Both the position numbers and the translations under genes were made by a program. Positions 8,489-12,071 of a stretch of DNA of 12,071 nt are shown here, one piece after another. The stretch is taken from positions 1 to 12,071 of the forward strand of contig JANRJA010000169.1 in NCBI GenBank assembly GCA_033764315.1, given 5' to 3'. This stretch comes from Oculatellaceae cyanobacterium bins.114. GTDB taxonomy: Bacteria; Cyanobacteriota; Cyanobacteriia; Elainellales; Elainellaceae. The notes under the pieces are model-generated. The model ran no database searches and was not told the DNA's origin. It worked only from the letters and a program-made list of their open reading frames with translations. Every line of letters starts with the position of its first letter. Positions within the stretch are counted from its first letter, which is position 1.

Positions 8489-8800
8489 CTATTCAACAGA
8501 AACGGCGTTAACATCAACGGGATCAGCACTGGTTGCTGCTTGATTAACGGGTTCAGAAGATGGGACAGACTGATCTTTGCCCGTTTTGACGCGGTCGATC
8601 AGTAACTGCGAGATTTCAGAGACGAGTAACGTAATTAACACCACATCATCAATTTGACCAATGATGGGAATAAAATCTGGAGCAATATCAATGGGTGAAA
8701 TCAAATAGGCAGCCGTTGCTAAGATAATCCACCAGCGATATTTAGGGTTGCGGATAGTTTGACGGTACCAATCGTAGAGTGCTTGAACAGAAAATTTCAT
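8489..8800 (-). CDS. YkvA family / DUF1232 membrane protein
   Basis: YLISPIDIAPDFIPIIGQIDD is the DUF1232 signature. The start is placed at the ATG at 8800 (MKFSVQ...) because a GGAGG SD lies at 8808-8812 on the minus strand. Confidence 0.9.
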   Translation of the reverse strand: MKFSVQALYDWYRQTIRNPKYRWWIILATAAYLISPIDIAPDFIPIIGQIDDVVLITLLVSEISQLLIDRVKTGKDQSVPSSEPVNQAATSADPVDVNAVSVE

Positions 8801-9019
8801 GAGGTGTCCTCCAATCATTCTTTTATCTTTACAAACTTCCCCCAGAACTTCTGGTGCAGATATCCGTCTATTTAGGACTGGAGAATACTATCCTGAACAA
8901 GGAGCAAGGCATCCGAAATCTGATTTTTGATAGTGTGTAACCGTTAAGTCTCTAGAATTAAGCTGATATTGTCTGGAACGAGACTGGTAACACAGTTGTT
9001 ATGGAGGTAGGACAAGGTT

Positions 9020-9739
9020 GTGAATATTTCTGAATTATTTGCTGATGCAGGCTTTGCGGGTTGGCCTCTTTTGTTGCTCTCAATTTTGTCACTGGGTGTT
9101 GTCATTGAGCGAATTTGGTTTTGGTCAAAGATTTTGACTCATGAACGGGAAATTTCAGGGCGAGTGATTGAAGCGGCCCGACGCGATTGGGCTGCGGCAG
9201 CCGATATTGCCCAAAAGTCAAGTAACCAACCGATTGGACGGTTTCTAAATGCTGCTCTGGAGCTTAAGAACCCTGAACCAGAGGTATTTCAGTTGGCACT
9301 GGAAGCTGCCGCTGATGAAGAACTGGCAGCCATGAGACGCGGAGACAAGATATTAGAGGCAGCGATCGCCATTGCGCCATTACTCGGATTACTGGGGACT
9401 GTATTGGGATTGATTCGATCCTTAGGAGATATTCGGCTAGGCGATATTGTGACTGGCTCAACCTCTGGAGTCACAGGCGGTATCTCTGAAGCCCTCGTGA
9501 GTACGGCATTTGGGTTGATTGTAGCGATCACGAGTCTTGCCTTTTATCGCTTGTTTCAGGGGTTTGTGCATGGGCAAGCTAAACTGTTCCGTAAATCTGG
9601 CAATGAATTAGAGTTGCTTTACCGTAAAGACTGGTCAACCCATAGAGGAGCGTTTGGCAACGCTGCCACCAATCCCACTCATGCCACTGTTACTGCTTCA
9701 GAACAGAACCCAACCAGTGGTGATTTTGTGTCCTCTTAG
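9020..9739 (+). CDS. exbB: MotA/TolQ/ExbB proton channel family protein
   Basis: GTG start with GGAGG upstream, three TM segments, and the motifs APLLGLLGTVLGLI and GGISEALVSTAFGLIVAI with the conserved Thr/Glu/Thr residues. Confidence 0.92.
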   Translation: MNISELFADAGFAGWPLLLLSILSLGVVIERIWFWSKILTHEREISGRVIEAARRDWAAAADIAQKSSNQPIGRFLNAALELKNPEPEVFQLALEAAADEELAAMRRGDKILEAAIAIAPLLGLLGTVLGLIRSLGDIRLGDIVTGSTSGVTGGISEALVSTAFGLIVAITSLAFYRLFQGFVHGQAKLFRKSGNELELLYRKDWSTHRGAFGNAATNPTHATVTASEQNPTSGDFVSS

Positions 9740-9810
9740 AGCGTCACTCCGCTGAGTGACCCAGTTGCAAATCTGGATAGGCTAAATTTATCTCCTCTCT
9801 TTCTACGGTT

Positions 9811-10419
9811 ATGAAAATCAACTTAGACAATCCTGAATCAGACGTCCGCATTGAGCTACTTCCCCTGATTGATGTCATTTTCTGTATTTTGACTTTCTTC
9901 ATCCTGGCGGCTATGGCAGTGACTCGGCAGACTGCTATTAACGTGGATTTGCCCCAGGCTGCATCGGGAACTACTCAAATGCGGGACATGATGATCGTCA
10001 GTGTTGACCCTGTGGGGCAAACTTACATTGATCAGCAACCTGTCTCACGGGACGAGCTTCATCAAGCATTGCTCGATTATCAGAACACTAACCCTCAAGG
10101 GTTGATGGTGCTGTATGCATCTCGATTGTCGAGTTATAACGATGTGGTGCAAGTGTTAGATCTGTTGCGTTCAGTGGGGGGCGATCGCGTTGCTCTGGCC
10201 ACCCTGCCAAACGCAAATGACACGACTCAACCCCAAACTCCTCAATTACAAATTCCTACGACACCCGGAACAGATTCAACGAATCCTTACGCTCCCTACA
10301 GCATTCCTAATATCAACGATCCTTATAACCCTAATTACAACCCCAGTCAGCCCCTATTTCCGTTAGCACCAAGCCCTAACTCTGGCTCAAACGCCCCCAT
10401 TCAACCCGCTAAACCGTAG
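9811..10419 (+). CDS. exbD: Biopolymer transporter ExbD/TolR with a Pro-rich C-terminal tail
   Basis: IELLPLIDVIFCILTFF (conserved TM Asp), VDLPQA and YNDVVQVLDLLR. The last 70 aa are low complexity with 18 Pro. Directly downstream of exbB. Confidence 0.92.
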   Translation: MKINLDNPESDVRIELLPLIDVIFCILTFFILAAMAVTRQTAINVDLPQAASGTTQMRDMMIVSVDPVGQTYIDQQPVSRDELHQALLDYQNTNPQGLMVLYASRLSSYNDVVQVLDLLRSVGGDRVALATLPNANDTTQPQTPQLQIPTTPGTDSTNPYAPYSIPNINDPYNPNYNPSQPLFPLAPSPNSGSNAPIQPAKP

Positions 10420-10574
10420 CCTCAAATGGTTAGCCCATTAGCTCAACAATAGACATTTGACATTAAGTGATGTCTAGCTGACTTGATTAAACCGTTTGTA
10501 ATCAGAGAAAATGATGGCGGTTTTTCAGTCTGCTACGACAAAATTAATGTTTCAACGTGGGGAGCTTCTAAGGT

Positions 10575-10949
10575 ATGTCTTTGCTGATCGGAATTTTAAT
10601 TACCTGGCTAATTACAGCAGTCAGTCTGTTTATTATTTCTAAATTGCCTTTAGGAATTGAGATTGATAGCTTCAACAAAGCCCTTTTCTCGGCGGCAGTG
10701 TTTGGAATTTTGAATGCTGTTTTGGGGCCCATTTTGAGATTTCTAGGGACTCCCATTACCTTCCTCACACTCGGCTTATTTGCACTGGTCATCAATGCCA
10801 TTATTTTTGGCTTAGCCGCCTGGTTAGTAGAGGGATTTCGTCTGCGGTGGGGGATTTGGAGTGCTTTATTAGGAGCGATCGCCCTTAGCATTATCAACTC
10901 TCTCATTTTCCGAGTGTTGGGTGGTGTTCTTCCAGGGTTTAGCACCTAA
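10575..10949 (+). CDS. Phage holin family (YvlD/DUF360-like) 4-TM membrane protein
   Basis: GILNAVLGPILRFLGTPITFLTLGLFALVINAIIF...GF...ALLGAIALS, the typical YvlD-like pattern, with four hydrophobic segments. Confidence 0.88.
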   Translation: MSLLIGILITWLITAVSLFIISKLPLGIEIDSFNKALFSAAVFGILNAVLGPILRFLGTPITFLTLGLFALVINAIIFGLAAWLVEGFRLRWGIWSALLGAIALSIINSLIFRVLGGVLPGFST

Positions 10950-10996
10950 GTTTAAATGCGTTGGCTTGGGTGGGTTCGGTAACTTGTGTGGTTTGA

Positions 10997-11320
10997 TTAA
11001 CCTGGCAAGATAAAACTGCTGATCAGGGAGAACACCATAATCAGTGCCATGACTCCAGCGATCGCCCAACCCAAAGATCGAGAAACAAAGCGAATTCGGG
11101 TCAGCGTGATCCAAATTGGGATTTGAATCATCGTTCCCAGGACTAGCCACAGTTCTAGCCCTGGGATCATGAGTGCCTGAAATACGCCATCTCGATTAGC
11201 AATCACCAGCAGCAAGGCTAGATAAGATGCTCCGGCAAAGGTGGCGATCGTCCCGCTAATGACCAGCGTGACAACCATGCCCTGAATAAGATAGCGGAGA
11301 TCATGCTGGAAACTATTCAT
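10997..11320 (-). CDS. Hypothetical ~3-TM membrane protein (107 aa), putative paralog of 11402-11740
   Basis: Three hydrophobic segments, a HIP1 site in the usual AIA frame, and an ungapped C-terminal alignment to the upstream ORF. Confidence 0.7.
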   Translation of the reverse strand: MNSFQHDLRYLIQGMVVTLVISGTIATFAGASYLALLLVIANRDGVFQALMIPGLELWLVLGTMIQIPIWITLTRIRFVSRSLGWAIAGVMALIMVFSLISSFILPG

Positions 11321-11401
11321 AGGGCAACCCGGTAAAGAATGAAGGGTGAAGAGGAAGAAAGGGAAAGGATAAAGGCTGAAAAACGAAGGATGAAAGCGGA
11401 G

Positions 11402-11740
11402 CTATCCTGAAGCCGCTACGATGCCAACGAGATAAGCACTCGCGATCGCCCCCATCATACCAATTGAAACAAAGCCAACGAACCGTGGAATGATACGAAA
11501 TTCTGTCAGGACGCCTAAATAAAGCAATTCTGTTGTAGTAATAACCAGAAAAACTCCTAAAGCTCCAGAGCAATAATCGGCTTCCCACAAGCTAAAGGGA
11601 TTAGGAACTCGCTCTTCAACGTCCATGCAGGTCATAAATCCTAACCCTATGGCTGCGGCCACCGCCCCTACGACCGCCACTAGCACCGCAAAACTCTTTG
11701 CCAAACTCAGTCCGTATGTTTTCAAGCTGTACCTACTCAT
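11402..11740 (-). CDS. Hypothetical ~3-TM membrane protein (112 aa) with a Cys-flanked acidic loop
   Basis: Three hydrophobic segments, loop CMDVEERVPNPFSLWEADYC, a HIP1 site in the AIA frame, and similarity to the downstream ORF. Confidence 0.7.
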   Translation of the reverse strand: MSRYSLKTYGLSLAKSFAVLVAVVGAVAAAIGLGFMTCMDVEERVPNPFSLWEADYCSGALGVFLVITTTELLYLGVLTEFRIIPRFVGFVSIGMMGAIASAYLVGIVAASG

Positions 11741-11958
11741 ATCCGGTAGACGGGGGTCGTCTTGCGATCAGGCTTCACCAACGAAATACGGGGTATTGCA
11801 AGTAATTCCGGAACTAAGAAATACAAAACAACAGACCGCCATAAAGTAAAGGTTTTGCAATCTTTTATACACCCTTCAAAAGATCTTAGGTAGGCTACGA
11901 AGGAAACAGCCATCCCTTCAACCTTCTTCGATTAACGTCAGTTCGGTTTAAGAGCCTA

Positions 11959-12071
11959 GCGAATAAATTCGCAGCTATCAGAGCGAAGTTCGCCTTCGCG
12001 AACTACGGAGAATCAAGGGGTGAGTGAACCGACGCAGGTCGGTTTTGCTCCTGTAGTTGCGGTTTCAACCG
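11959..12071. repeat. Inverted pair of two-hairpin REP-like units (REPIN-like doublet); right unit truncated by the window edge
   Basis: The reverse complement of 11960-12004 aligns without gaps to 12027-12071: 7-bp hairpin, 8-nt linker, (A/G)TAG, second hairpin. GTAG is at 12053-12056. The units are separated by a 22-nt spacer. Confidence 0.7.

Larger units (their letters stand above)
1469..11449. repeat. HIP1 octamer GCGATCGC, 16 dispersed perfect copies
   Basis: Copies start at 1469, 2106, 2150, 5141, 5210, 5363, 5381, 5694, 7038, 8386, 8457, 9362, 10181, 10875, 11058 and 11442 (manual scan). About 0.2 copies are expected by chance in 12 kb. HIP1 is a hallmark of cyanobacterial genomes. 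Confidence 0.95.

Noticed and set aside
5188..9531. Antisense ORFs 5188-5430, 6122-6403, 8165-8440, 9264-9461 and 9289-9531
   Set aside because: Shadows of gloB, rplI, dnaB and exbB on the opposite strand.
10450..10476. Inverted repeat TAGACAT-N13-ATGTCTA after exbD
   Set aside because: Short AT-rich stem with no U-tract; cannot distinguish an operator, a terminator or chance.
10575..10949. Holin as evidence of a prophage
   Set aside because: YvlD/DUF360-type proteins are common chromosomal membrane proteins; there is no endolysin, integrase or phage structural gene in the window.
9856..11849. ORFs 9856-10038, 10568-10945, 10869-11150, 11313-11588 and 11625-11849
   Set aside because: They overlap better-supported genes in antisense or alternative frames and show no motifs.
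11959..12071. CRISPR array or tRNA interpretation of the terminal hairpins
   Set aside because: The units are inverted and divergent rather than identical direct repeats with spacers, and there is no cloverleaf or T-loop motif.

Overview
Cyanobacterial chromosomal DNA: 16 perfect HIP1 (GCGATCGC) sites and cyanobacterial-type genes. The left part is the edge of a surface-glycan locus on the minus strand. It holds a GT10 fucosyltransferase-like gene that runs off the window and was missed by the ORF track, and a HepA/MsbA-type ABC exporter with an unusual ~100-aa C-terminal tail resembling a histidine-kinase DHp (HisKA) domain whose phospho-acceptor His is replaced by Tyr. A ~109-bp MITE-like insertion lies between these two genes and an HLR1 (RpaB)-like site lies upstream of the exporter. 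The middle is housekeeping: a small hypothetical gene, gloB, rplI and an intein-free dnaB with a LexA-box-like site upstream. The right part has a DUF1232/YkvA gene, an exbB-exbD pair (ExbD with a Pro-rich tail), a YvlD/phage-holin-family membrane protein, a tandem pair of unannotated ~110-aa membrane proteins that look like distant paralogs, and an inverted pair of two-hairpin REP-like units with compensatory substitutions. The best candidates for undescribed biology are the ABC exporter-pseudo-DHp fusion and the tandem membrane paralog pair.
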